This document shows, piece after piece, positions 19,878-29,167 of a DNA stretch of 64,000 bases. Both the position numbers and the translations under genes were made by a program. The notes below the pieces were generated by a model, which was not told the origin of the DNA, did no database searches, and saw only the letters and a program-made list of their open reading frames with translations. Source of the DNA: Planctomycetota bacterium (GTDB taxonomy: Bacteria > Planctomycetota > GCA-002687715 > DRQF01); assembly GCA_036479435.1 (NCBI GenBank), contig JAZGFI010000147.1:1-64000 (forward strand), read 5' to 3'. Positions within the stretch are counted from its first letter, which is position 1, and every line of letters begins with the position of its first letter.

Positions 19878-19996
19878 CTAGGGACGGCTGGGATGACTCC
19901 GGCTTCCGCTTCGACGCCTCAATCAAATAAACGTAGTGATCGCGCTCGACCATGATTGGGTCGGACGCGCATCTTGAAGAAAGCGAGAACGCATTT

Positions 19997-20377
19997 ATGG
20001 CAACTGTCATCAGACTGACCCGACGCGGACGGATTCACGCGCCTTTTTACCGCATCGGTGTTTTCGACGCGCAAACTCGGCGTGATGGTGCATCGATTGA
20101 AAACCTCGGGTACTACAACCCGCTGGCGCGCGGCCAGGAGAAGCCTCTAGAGCTGAACCACGAGCGCGCCGCGTACTGGTTGTCAGTGGGCGCCACACCC
20201 AGCGAGACCGTGCGTTCATTCTTGAAGCGCGAGGGCATCGCCTTCGACTTGCGGGAACGTCGTTCGGCGAAAAACCGTAAGCGCTCGCAGAAGCGACTCG
20301 CGGCGGAAAAGAAGTCGGGTAAGCTGCACGGCAAAGCCAAGCAGAAGGCCACAAAGGCCGCCAAGGCCTCGGCCTAG
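19997..20377 (+). CDS. rpsP: 30S ribosomal protein S16 with basic C-terminal extension
   Basis: VIRLTRRG...PFYRI...RDG..IE.LGYYNP...[13 protein letters not shown]. Confidence 0.95.
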   Translation: MATVIRLTRRGRIHAPFYRIGVFDAQTRRDGASIENLGYYNPLARGQEKPLELNHERAAYWLSVGATPSETVRSFLKREGIAFDLRERRSAKNRKRSQKRLAAEKKSGKLHGKAKQKATKAAKASA

Positions 20378-20556
20378 ATCGATCGTCATCGCTCGCTTGT
20401 CTCCTCGATCCCAGGAGTTTGCTTACTGGGATTTGGGTGGTGGCGAGAAAAGAGCGAGGTCCAACAGGATCGAGCTCGTTACGGCATTGAACTAATGAGA
20501 TCTCGGCTGGCGGGAATGGCGTGATGTGTACGCTGGCCGCAGCCTCGTAAGAAATA

Positions 20557-21960
20557 GTGGGGTCGCGGTTCGTGAGCGCAGCGTTACTGAAGAAGATCTT
20601 TCTTCCGCTGGAGAAGAAGTACGGCGGCCTACGTCGATTGGTCGAGACTGATCCTCTCGATCAACTCATCCTTCTCATCCTCTCGAATGGCACGACTGAA
20701 AAGCGTGCGCGGCAGGCTCTTGATGACCTTCACCGCACCTTCGTCGATTGGAACGAGATCCGGGTCACACCGGTCCATGGGATCGACGAGAGCTTGATCG
20801 CACTCGGGGCCAAAGCGAAAGCCGGCAAGGCGGCGCTTGTTCGTGAAATCCTGGCGATGGTCTATTCCCGCTACAACCGGGTGAGCCTCGACTTTCTGTT
20901 GGATAGATCCGACAAGAACTTTATCCGTAATCGCGATCGCCTCTTTGCCTATCTGGGCGACAAGTCGAGCGCGATTCCAGCCGTCTTTTCGGGTTACATC
21001 AATGGCGGCAAGGGCTCGATTCAGGTCGCTGGAGGTTTGCCCCGACTGTTGACGCGTCTGGGAGTGTTGAGCAAGGGCGGAACTCCCGCAAGCGCGAAGA
21101 AGCTGATCGAGTCTTGCTTTGATGATGAAGACCGACTGGTGTTTCTTTGGGGGGGCTATCACCTCGCCGATGAGAACTGCCACCGCGCGTTGCCCGATTG
21201 TAAGACCTGCCCCCTGCAGCCCGACTGCAAAGCTGCACCTGAAGAGATCAAGAAAGTACGGATCGCCGAGCAGAAGCTGCGCGAAAAGGCAGCCAAAGAA
21301 GCGGCCCGCGAATTAGCAATCAAGGTCGCCGAAGAGAGGGCTCGCAAGAAACAAGAAGAGCGCGAACGAAAAGCCGCCCAAGCCGAAGCGAACAAAAAGG
21401 AAGCGGCACGCAAAAAGGCCGAAGATTTGAGAAAAGCGGAAATCAAAAAGAAAGCGGACGCGAAACGTCAGGTCGAAGCCAAAAAGAAGGCTGAAGCAAA
21501 AAGAAAAGTCGACGCCAAAAAGAAGATCGTGGCGCTGAAGAAGGCGGCTGCCAAAAAGAAGGCCGACGCGAAGAAGAGTGTTGCGGCCAAGAAAAGTGCT
21601 GCGGCCAAAAAGAAGGTGAGCAAGAAGAAAGCCACGGCCAAGAAGAAGTCGACCAAGAAGGCGGCACCTAAGAAAAGAGCAGCACCGAAGAAGAAGGCAG
21701 CAGCAACAAAGAAGTCGACCAAAAAAGCCGCAGCCAAAAAGAAGGTGACGACCAAGAAGAAAGCCGTCACCAAAAAGAAGTCCGCCGCAAAGAAGGTTGC
21801 GAAGAAACCGGCGAGTAAGACCGCAAAGAAAACCGCAAAGAAAACCGCAAAGAAAACCGCAAAGAAAACCGCAAAGAAGGCAACGAAGAAGCCGGCGAGC
21901 AAAACCGCAAAGAAGACCGCGAAGAAAGCCGCCAAGAAGAAGAGTGGACGGCGCCGATAG
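20557..21960 (+). CDS. Endonuclease III-like (HhH-GPD/Fe-S) domain fused to a coiled coil and a histone H1-like Lys/Ala tail
   Basis: DPLDQLILLILS, FVDWNEIRV, Fe-S motif CHRALPDCKTCPLQPDC, then about 230 aa rich in K/A/E. Confidence 0.75.
   Translation: MGSRFVSAALLKKIFLPLEKKYGGLRRLVETDPLDQLILLILSNGTTEKRARQALDDLHRTFVDWNEIRVTPVHGIDESLIALGAKAKAGKAALVREILAMVYSRYNRVSLDFLLDRSDKNFIRNRDRLFAYLGDKSSAIPAVFSGYINGGKGSIQVAGGLPRLLTRLGVLSKGGTPASAKKLIESCFDDEDRLVFLWGGYHLADENCHRALPDCKTCPLQPDCKAAPEEIKKVRIAEQKLREKAAKEAARELAIKVAEERARKKQEERERKAAQAEANKKEAARKKAEDLRKAEIKKKADAKRQVEAKKKAEAKRKVDAKKKIVALKKAAAKKKADAKKSVAAKKSAAAKKKVSKKKATAKKKSTKKAAPKKRAAPKKKAAATKKSTKKAAAKKKVTTKKKAVTKKKSAAKKVAKKPASKTAKKTAKKTAKKTAKKTAKKATKKPASKTAKKTAKKAAKKKSGRRR
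21817..21876 (+). repeat. Coding tandem repeat, 5 x 12 nt (KTAK)
   Basis: AA(G/A)ACCGCAAAG repeated five times. Confidence 0.9.
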
Positions 21961-22543
21961 TCTTTTGGTTCTCGCCTCGGCCTCTCCGCGCCGCACCGAC
22001 TTGTTGCGGGAGTGGGGCGTGGCGCACCAAGTCAGACCCGCGAGACTCGAAGAGGTCATGCCTCGCGGCTTGAGCCCTAGCGCTGCGGTCATCGCCCTCG
22101 CTCGCCAAAAGGCGGCGTCCGTTTGCGCCCAATTGCGTGCCGAAAAATCAACCACCAAGAAAACCTGGGTCCTGGGTTCCGACACCGTCGTCTACTTGTC
22201 GGAGGAAGCGCTGGGGAAACCTCGAGACGATGCCGATGCCCGGCAGATGTTAGCGCGCCTCGCCGGGCGAAAGGTCGACGTTGTGACCGGGGTGGTCCTC
22301 ATGAACGTAAATGGAACCGAGATCCTCGAGGGCTCATGCTGCAGCACCTGCACCATGTGTTCGTACTCTTCAGCGGACATCGATGCCTACGTCGCGACCG
22401 GAGAACCACGGGACAAAGCCGGTTCCTTTGCGATCCAAGGGCTTGGCTCGGCCTTGGTAGCCGAACTAAAGGGCTCGCGGAGCAACGTTATCGGCTTGCC
22501 CAAATCCCTAGTCATGGACCTCTTGGCCAAGGCTGGATTTTGA
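21944..22543 (+). CDS. maf: Maf family nucleoside triphosphate pyrophosphatase
   Basis: LVLASASPRR, GSDTVV, LGKPRD, DKAGSFAIQG, NVIGLP. The GTG start overlaps the upstream gene. Confidence 0.93.
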   Translation: MDGADSLLVLASASPRRTDLLREWGVAHQVRPARLEEVMPRGLSPSAAVIALARQKAASVCAQLRAEKSTTKKTWVLGSDTVVYLSEEALGKPRDDADARQMLARLAGRKVDVVTGVVLMNVNGTEILEGSCCSTCTMCSYSSADIDAYVATGEPRDKAGSFAIQGLGSALVAELKGSRSNVIGLPKSLVMDLLAKAGF

Positions 22544-22582
22544 GCCTTAGGGGCTATCTCGCCGCAGTCGCTATACTCTGGC

Positions 22583-23176
22583 ATGCATTTTGATTCCTAC
22601 TCAAAGTTTTTGGCACTCGCGCTGATCTGCGTTGGCTTTGGAGCTTCTCAATCCTGGAAACCGAATTTGGGTGAGGGGCCGAAAGTGCGCGAAGCGCCGG
22701 TGTTCGGAGGCGGTCACGAGAACCCATGGCAACAGCTTGAGGGCGTGACGGCGATGAGTTTGCGCACCGAGCATGATGCTCAGGTCGTCGTTGCGCTTGC
22801 CGAGAACTTGAAGCCCGAGCAGAAGCTGAGGAACTGGGCGGGGATCGTGGCGACAGAGGTGGAGTTGGAACGCGGCGCTTTGCTGGCGCTTTTTTCGGAT
22901 GCTCGGCGCTATGCCGATGGGCCACCATTTCATCTCCTGCTGGGGCCCGGCGAAAAGATTGAAGCCTTAGGCCGTTGGCGCCGTCAACAGTCTTGGAGAC
23001 TGGACCCTCTTCCCGATCCCGAACTGTGGATTGGCGTGATCTGTTTGCCGGGCGTTTCACCGGCCTTGGTTGAGCGGATGAAGATGTTGTTGACGGCTCC
23101 TGAATGGTCACGCGGCGGGTTCGCTACGCGAAGTGACTTGAGCTCCGAGGCGGTCTTGGTGGAGAAGAGCCGATGA
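22583..23176 (+). CDS. Exported hypothetical protein with degenerate amidase_2/PGRP-like C-terminal segment
   Basis: Signal peptide. FHLLLGPG.KIEALGRWRRQ...IGVICL resembles the amidase pattern YHFVIGNG..IE...RW..Q..GAH...IGICL. Confidence 0.5.
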   Translation: MHFDSYSKFLALALICVGFGASQSWKPNLGEGPKVREAPVFGGGHENPWQQLEGVTAMSLRTEHDAQVVVALAENLKPEQKLRNWAGIVATEVELERGALLALFSDARRYADGPPFHLLLGPGEKIEALGRWRRQQSWRLDPLPDPELWIGVICLPGVSPALVERMKMLLTAPEWSRGGFATRSDLSSEAVLVEKSR

Positions 23177-23757
23177 AACCCACTATCTTTGTGTTTTGTG
23201 CGCTTTGCCTTGGGTTGAGTGCATGCGCGGGCTCGGCGACAGCGGAACCCAAGACCAACTCGGCCGAGTCTCGTCCAGGCATTGCCGCTAAGAGACAATC
23301 GCCGTCGCCCGATCTTGGACGCTCCGCGGTTTTAGTGCCCGATGGCAAGGAGCGGCTTTGGATCGGCGAGCAAGCGATTCTCGTGGAGGTTGCGGCGGTG
23401 CCGGATGCGCGGGCCCTTGGTTTGGGCGGACGCGCGGCCTTGTTGACCGACGAAGGCATGATCTTTGTTTATCACCGTGCGGAATTCAGAAGTTTTTGGA
23501 TGAAGGACTGCAAGATGTCTCTCGACATCGCCTACTTGGGCACAGACCGCAAGATTTTTCAGATCGGCAGTCTTGATCCCCCGGTGGCGGGGTCTTCTTC
23601 GATCCCGAGGTTGGCGAGCGATCGCGAAGCTCAGTTTGTGATCGAAATGGAGAAAGGCTGGTTTGAGCGCAAGGGTCATAAGCCAGGCGTTCAGGTGCGC
23701 TTTTCCAAAGGGCTTATGGATTGGTTGAGCTTGGTGCTCGAATCCGAGGGGGGCTAA
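23173..23757 (+). CDS. DUF192 family lipoprotein
   Basis: Lipobox LSAC; RALGL, GMIFVY, FWMKD..SLDIAYL, VIEMEKGWF. Confidence 0.88.
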   Translation: MKPTIFVFCALCLGLSACAGSATAEPKTNSAESRPGIAAKRQSPSPDLGRSAVLVPDGKERLWIGEQAILVEVAAVPDARALGLGGRAALLTDEGMIFVYHRAEFRSFWMKDCKMSLDIAYLGTDRKIFQIGSLDPPVAGSSSIPRLASDREAQFVIEMEKGWFERKGHKPGVQVRFSKGLMDWLSLVLESEGG

Positions 23758-23761
23758 GCAA

Positions 23762-25078
23762 GTGAAGCGCCAGTACTTTCTCATCTACCTTTCGCCGCTG
23801 TTGCTTGCGTTTTTGGCGATCGCCTTATTTGCGGAACTGCGTTCGCAGCGCAACGACCAGTTGTCTCCATCGGAGACCGGTGAGAATTCCTATCGAGAGG
23901 CCTTCGATCTGATCGAAAACGAGTACGTTGAGGATGTCTCGAAAGAAGACCTCATCTATGCGGCGATCAAGGGTATGACCGATGCTCTGGATCGCCATTC
24001 TCGCGGCTATGATCCCGATGAACTCAGAGAGTTTTTGACCAACAGTGAGGGCAATGATTCGGGCATTGGAATCCGCTATGCCCGAATCAAGGGTGGAACT
24101 TTTATCACTCGCGTCATTCCCCAAAGCCCCGCGAGTCGCGGAGGCCTGCTGGATGGCGATCAAATTCTCGCGGTGGATGGTCGCGAAGTCGACTCTCAGC
24201 TTTCCTCAGGCGACTTGAGACGCTGGATCGTTGGGCCGGAAGGAAGCACCTCTACTTTTCGTGTCAAGGCTTGGGGGCAAAGCGATGAGCGTGAGCAGTT
24301 GGTGAAGCGCGGCCGATACAATCTCGAGAAAACGAGTTTTCGAATGATCGATGGCGACGACCGTATCGCCTACGTGAGAGTCGCTGGATTCAATCAAAGA
24401 ACCGGCCGTGAGTTTCGAGATGCGTTCCGATCTGCGCTGAAGCTAGGTGCTCAAGGCTTGGTCCTCGATCTGCGCGGCAATCCTGGGGGCGGCGTGCAGG
24501 CGGCAGTCGAAGTCGTTTCGGCCTTCATGAAAACGGATGTCGTTTTTAGATCTGTCTCGCGGCGCGAGAGTGAAATCTACGACTCTTTTGGGACCCCCGT
24601 TTCAAGCGAGTTGCCGGCGGTGGTCTTGGTGGACGGGGACAGCGCATCCGCAGCCGAGATCGTCGCGGGAGCGCTGCAGGATCACAAGCGGGCATTGGTC
24701 GTCGGAGCGCGGAGCTACGGCAAGGGCTTGGTGCAAAACGTCTTTGAACTAAGGAGTCGACCCGCCGGTTTGAAGATCACGACATCGCGCTGGTTGACGC
24801 CTTCGGGCCGTTGTATTCAGCGAGGACTTCGCGACGAAGACGGTCAGATCGGACGTGGCGGGATCATCCCCGACTTTCCGATTTCGCTGAGCCGGTCCGA
24901 GCGCGAATTTGTGGAGATTCTGTGGGGTCGGGAACGACTTCGCCCGGACATCTTGGCGTTCATCAACAGCGATGACAGTTTTCGAAAGGTGCCCACAGAT
25001 TTTGTCGATCGCCAACTTCAAGGAGCCCTCGAGTTGTTGGCTGGTCGCGCCTACGCCTCCAGCGTGGCGCTTGAGTAA
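23762..25078 (+). CDS. ctpA: Carboxyl-terminal processing protease, S41 family (PDZ)
   Basis: GIGI PDZ loop, LDLRGNPGG, SASAAEIVAGALQD, SYGKGLVQ, GIIPD. Confidence 0.92.
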   Translation: MKRQYFLIYLSPLLLAFLAIALFAELRSQRNDQLSPSETGENSYREAFDLIENEYVEDVSKEDLIYAAIKGMTDALDRHSRGYDPDELREFLTNSEGNDSGIGIRYARIKGGTFITRVIPQSPASRGGLLDGDQILAVDGREVDSQLSSGDLRRWIVGPEGSTSTFRVKAWGQSDEREQLVKRGRYNLEKTSFRMIDGDDRIAYVRVAGFNQRTGREFRDAFRSALKLGAQGLVLDLRGNPGGGVQAAVEVVSAFMKTDVVFRSVSRRESEIYDSFGTPVSSELPAVVLVDGDSASAAEIVAGALQDHKRALVVGARSYGKGLVQNVFELRSRPAGLKITTSRWLTPSGRCIQRGLRDEDGQIGRGGIIPDFPISLSRSEREFVEILWGRERLRPDILAFINSDDSFRKVPTDFVDRQLQGALELLAGRAYASSVALE

Positions 25079-25100
25079 GCTACTCTAGGAATATGACCTT

Positions 25101-25856
25101 ATGACCTCGCCATGGCTGGAGACTCTGCGGGCCGTCGCTGACGGCAGTGTGAGCCCCGAGCGCGCCCTACAAATTTGGCGTTCTCCCCCTAAGGGCCAGG
25201 GCCTTGAAACCTATCGCCCAGATCTCGATCGTGGGGAGCGCCTGGGTTTTCCAGAAGTCATCTACGGGGAAGGCAAAAGCCCCGAAGTCTTGCGCGCGAT
25301 TGCTGCCGAGATCTTGGCCGTCGATTCACGGCTGCTCATCACGCGAGGGAATCAAGCTCAGTTTGATGCCGTCTTGGATCTTTCACCGCCGCCGCGTTTC
25401 GATGAGGTCTCGAGACTGATCATTTTTGGCATGGCGCCCTCGAAGCCCGGGCCGAGCGTCGGCGTCTTGTGTGCAGGCACGACTGACCTTGGCGTCGCAG
25501 AGGAGGCCGCCCTGACCGCAGAGTTCGCGGGAATATGCGTCGAGCGCCACTACGACCTTGGTGTCGCGGGACTCCATCGACTGCTCAGCCAGCTAAACCG
25601 GCTCCGCGACTGCTCGCTGCTTATCGTCGTCGCGGGCATGGAGGGTGCTTTGCCGAGCGTCGTCGGTGGGCTCTGCCCTCGGCCGATTATCGCGGTTCCC
25701 ACCAGCGTGGGCTACGGAGCCTCCTTTGAAGGATTAGCGGCTCTGTGCGGGATGCTGGCCTCCTGTGCGCCGGGGGTGGTGCTTGTTAATATCGACAACG
25801 GATTTGGAGCGGGATACGCCGCAGTGCGCTGGCTGCAAAACCACGAAGATTCTTAA
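25101..25856 (+). CDS. larB: Nickel-pincer cofactor biosynthesis protein LarB
   Basis: GFPEVIYGEGK, AGTTDLGVAEEA, GVAGLHRL, AGMEGALPSVV, PTSVGYG, VNIDNGFGA. Confidence 0.92.
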   Translation: MTSPWLETLRAVADGSVSPERALQIWRSPPKGQGLETYRPDLDRGERLGFPEVIYGEGKSPEVLRAIAAEILAVDSRLLITRGNQAQFDAVLDLSPPPRFDEVSRLIIFGMAPSKPGPSVGVLCAGTTDLGVAEEAALTAEFAGICVERHYDLGVAGLHRLLSQLNRLRDCSLLIVVAGMEGALPSVVGGLCPRPIIAVPTSVGYGASFEGLAALCGMLASCAPGVVLVNIDNGFGAGYAAVRWLQNHEDS

Positions 25857-25906
25857 GCCCCAAGACCTCATTTCCCCCTTTCTACCGGAGGCCATTCGGT
25901 CCCTAA

Positions 25907-27100
25907 ATGAGAGACCTTTCTCAGCTTTGGAATGCCCGGATTATTCTCGAAGACGGGAGCATCTGGAGAGCGACGTCCTTCGGCGCCGAAGGCGAGACCG
26001 CCGGAGAGCTGGTCTTCAACACCGCGTTGACCGGATATCAGGAAGTTCTCACCGATCCTAGCTATGCCGGGCAGGTCGTCGTCATGACTTCGCCATTGAT
26101 CGGTAATTACGGTGTCAACGTCGACGACGAAGAATCAAGAAAACTGCACCTACGCGGTTTCGTCGTGCGCGAAGCGTCTTTGCTGCACTCGAATTTCCGA
26201 GCCACGGAAAGCCTGGGCGATTACCTCAAGCGTCACCAAATCGTTGCCTTGGAAGGCGTCGATACGCGCGCTTTGACCCGCCGCATCCGCGACTTCGGAG
26301 CGATGCGCTGCTTCATGACCACCCAGGCGATCTCAGACGATGCGCTTGCCGAAAAGTTGAGCGCGGTCCCTGAATTGACCGACCAAGACTTCATTGCCGA
26401 TGTGAGCCGCAGCAAAAAAGAAACCTGGAACGATGGCTTCAGCACTTCGTTTCACGCTGACCTCAAACCGCGCAACCCGAGCAGCAATCCTGCGCTCAAC
26501 CACGCAAACAGCGAGCTTGCGCTCAAAGTCGTGGCTTATGACTTTGGAGCCAAGGACACGATTTTTCGCTCGCTGAAAGCGGTCGGTTGCGACTTGACCA
26601 TCGTGCCGTTCGACACCTCCGCCGCCGATGTCATTGCGATGGCGCCTGACGGTGTGTTTTTGTCCAACGGCCCGGGTGATCCGCGCCGCTTGACGAAGAT
26701 CGTGACGGAGATCAAAGGGCTGGTGGGCAAGGTTCCGATTTTCGGGATTTGCCTCGGTCACCAGATCCTTGCGCTCGCCCTGGGAGCTGACATCGTCAAG
26801 ATGAAGTTCGGCCACCACGGTTCGAATCATCCGGTCAAGAATCTCAAGTCTGGAGCTATCGAGATTACGGCCCAGAATCACGGTTTCGCGGTGACGGCTG
26901 AATCTCTCGAAGCGGTGGGCGCCGAGGCCACCCACATCAATCTCAACGACAATACCGTTGCCGGATTGGCCGCTACCAAGCTCCGGGCGTTTTCGGTGCA
27001 GTATCATCCAGAGGCCTCTCCTGGCCCGCACGATTCCGCCTACCTCTTTGGGCAGTTTGTGGAAGCGATGATCGCGACTGAAGGGCGAGCGACGGCCTGA
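25907..27100 (+). CDS. carA: Carbamoyl-phosphate synthase small subunit
   Basis: GELVFNT, GYQEVLTDPSY, SNGPGDP, GICLGHQ, QYHPEASPGPHD. Confidence 0.97.
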   Translation: MRDLSQLWNARIILEDGSIWRATSFGAEGETAGELVFNTALTGYQEVLTDPSYAGQVVVMTSPLIGNYGVNVDDEESRKLHLRGFVVREASLLHSNFRATESLGDYLKRHQIVALEGVDTRALTRRIRDFGAMRCFMTTQAISDDALAEKLSAVPELTDQDFIADVSRSKKETWNDGFSTSFHADLKPRNPSSNPALNHANSELALKVVAYDFGAKDTIFRSLKAVGCDLTIVPFDTSAADVIAMAPDGVFLSNGPGDPRRLTKIVTEIKGLVGKVPIFGICLGHQILALALGADIVKMKFGHHGSNHPVKNLKSGAIEITAQNHGFAVTAESLEAVGAEATHINLNDNTVAGLAATKLRAFSVQYHPEASPGPHDSAYLFGQFVEAMIATEGRATA

Positions 27101-27146
27101 TGCGAGCTTCAAGCCAAAATCCACTTCTTGATTTGGATATCGACTC

Positions 27147-28391
27147 ATGACCGCGCGTGCTTTGATCGGCCTTCAGTGGGGTGACGAAGGTAAGGGCAAG
27201 ATGGTCGACGTCTTGTCCGCGGACGCCGATTTGGTGGTTCGTTGTCAGGGCGGCAGCAACGCCGGGCACACCGTCAAGGTCGGTGACGTAACGACTATCT
27301 TGCACCTCATTCCGAGCGGAATTCTCAGCGAACGTGCGCGCTGTATCATCGGCAACGGTGTGGTCATCGACCCCGAACAACTACTCAAAGAGATCGCGGT
27401 GCTTGAAGACCGTGGGCTCAAAATGGCGGGGCGGTTGTTCGTCTCAGATCGCGCGCACGTTGTGTTTCCACACCACAAAGAGCGCGACTCCGCTCAAGAA
27501 AAAGCCCGCAAGGGCGCCAAGATTGGGACGACGAAAAAAGGCATCGGCCCGGCTTACGAAGACAAGGTTTCTCGTAGTGGCATCCGTATGTGGGACCTTC
27601 ATGATGAAGCGTCCTTGCGCTTAAAACTAAGGCCGCACGTTGAGGCAACGGCCGCGGGTTTCGAGAAGATCGTCGCTCAGTTTTTGGACTTTGGTCGGTC
27701 CCTGGCGCCATACCGGGCGGACACGGTCGCGATGGTGATCGAAGGGGTTGAACAGGGAAAGAAGCTCTTCTTAGAGGGTGCTCAAGGCAGCCTTCTCGAC
27801 CTCGATCTTGGCACCTATCCCTTCGTGACTTCTAGCAACACGAACCTCGGTGGGCTGCTGTCGGGTTGTGGGCTGCCGCCGCGCGCGATTAAAGAAGTTG
27901 TTGGTGTATCGAAGGCCTATTCGACTCGTGTCGGTTCTGGCCCTTACCCGACAGAGCTCGAAGACGCCGTGGGAGACAAACTCCGCGTGCGGGGCAACGA
28001 GTTTGGAACCACCACCGGGCGGCCCCGGCGTTGTGGCTGGTTTGACGGCGTCGCCATTCGCTTTGCCTGCGCGGTGAATGGGGTGGATTCGATCGCCTTG
28101 ACCAAGCTTGATGTGCTCAGCGGATTCGAGACTCTCAAGATCGCCACGGCTTATGAGATTGGCGGCCACCCCGTGACGCATTTTCCCGCCGATGCTGGCG
28201 ATCTCGAGCGTGCTCAGCCAGTTTATGAGGAGTATCCAGGATGGCAGGACGACATCTCTGAGATTCGTCGTTACGATGATTTGCCCGGCAGCCTCCGCCG
28301 CTACATCGAGGTCGTTGAAGATCTGTCCCGCGCCTCAGTGCGGTGGATTTCGATGGGACCGCGGCGAGAAGATATTATCGAGAGGAACTGA
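27147..28391 (+). CDS. purA: Adenylosuccinate synthetase
   Basis: QWGDEGKGK, GGSNAGHT, EGAQG, GTYPFVTSS, GTTTGRPRRCGWFD. Confidence 0.97.
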   Translation: MTARALIGLQWGDEGKGKMVDVLSADADLVVRCQGGSNAGHTVKVGDVTTILHLIPSGILSERARCIIGNGVVIDPEQLLKEIAVLEDRGLKMAGRLFVSDRAHVVFPHHKERDSAQEKARKGAKIGTTKKGIGPAYEDKVSRSGIRMWDLHDEASLRLKLRPHVEATAAGFEKIVAQFLDFGRSLAPYRADTVAMVIEGVEQGKKLFLEGAQGSLLDLDLGTYPFVTSSNTNLGGLLSGCGLPPRAIKEVVGVSKAYSTRVGSGPYPTELEDAVGDKLRVRGNEFGTTTGRPRRCGWFDGVAIRFACAVNGVDSIALTKLDVLSGFETLKIATAYEIGGHPVTHFPADAGDLERAQPVYEEYPGWQDDISEIRRYDDLPGSLRRYIEVVEDLSRASVRWISMGPRREDIIERN

Positions 28392-29167
28392 TGACTGACT
28401 CTGGCGGCCCCTTAGAGTCTGAGCTCCCCCTGGTTGTGCCAGCTGGTTTACACCACGTTGCCATGATCATGGATGGCAACGGCCGCTGGGCTAGCGCTCG
28501 AGGACTGCCGCGCGCCAAAGGACACCAAGAGGGTGCCAATACGGTTCGCGAATTAACCACCGCACTTGCGGCGTCAGGCCTGGGGCAGCTCACGCTCTAT
28601 GCCCTATCCGTTGAGAACCACAAGCGGCGTCCGCGCACAGAAGTCGATTTTCTCCTCAGCCTCCTGCGCCGATTCTTGGCGAAAGAACGCGCCACGATCA
28701 TGGCGAATGACATTCGTTTCAAGACCATTGGCCGCATCGATGAGTTTCCGCCCAAGTTGATTCGCGAGATCCGTGAACTCGAAGAGATATCAGCTGATAA
28801 CCGAGGCATGATCCTCTGCCTCGCCCTGAACTACGGCGGCCAAAGCGAGATCGCCGATGCGGCGAAAGCTATCGCCGCAAAAGTGAAGAGTGGAGAAGTC
28901 AGCCCGGACGCGATCGACGAAGATCTTTTGGGCTCGCATCTCTACGACCCCGACATGCCGCCTCTTGACTTGATGATTCGCACAGCGGGGGAGATGCGCG
29001 TTAGCAATTTCTTGTTGTGGCAGGTTTCCTACTCGGAGATCTATGTGACGGATTCCTTTTGGCCTGACTTCCACATCGCGGGCGTGGCCCGAGCTTTTGA
29101 GTCCTACGCGCAGCGGCGCCGTCGATTTGGCGGTCTCGAGAATCGTGTCGACGCTCGGACGGACTGA
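28391..29167 (+). CDS. uppS: Undecaprenyl diphosphate synthase
   Basis: HVAMIMDGNGRWA, NYGG, IRTAGEMRVSNFLLWQ. Confidence 0.95.
   Translation: MTDSGGPLESELPLVVPAGLHHVAMIMDGNGRWASARGLPRAKGHQEGANTVRELTTALAASGLGQLTLYALSVENHKRRPRTEVDFLLSLLRRFLAKERATIMANDIRFKTIGRIDEFPPKLIREIRELEEISADNRGMILCLALNYGGQSEIADAAKAIAAKVKSGEVSPDAIDEDLLGSHLYDPDMPPLDLMIRTAGEMRVSNFLLWQVSYSEIYVTDSFWPDFHIAGVARAFESYAQRRRRFGGLENRVDARTD

Noticed and set aside
21313..22185. Phe/Leu/Ala-rich antisense ORFs that look like membrane proteins
   Set aside because: They are the reverse complement of the Lys/Ala codon repeats of the H1-like tail.
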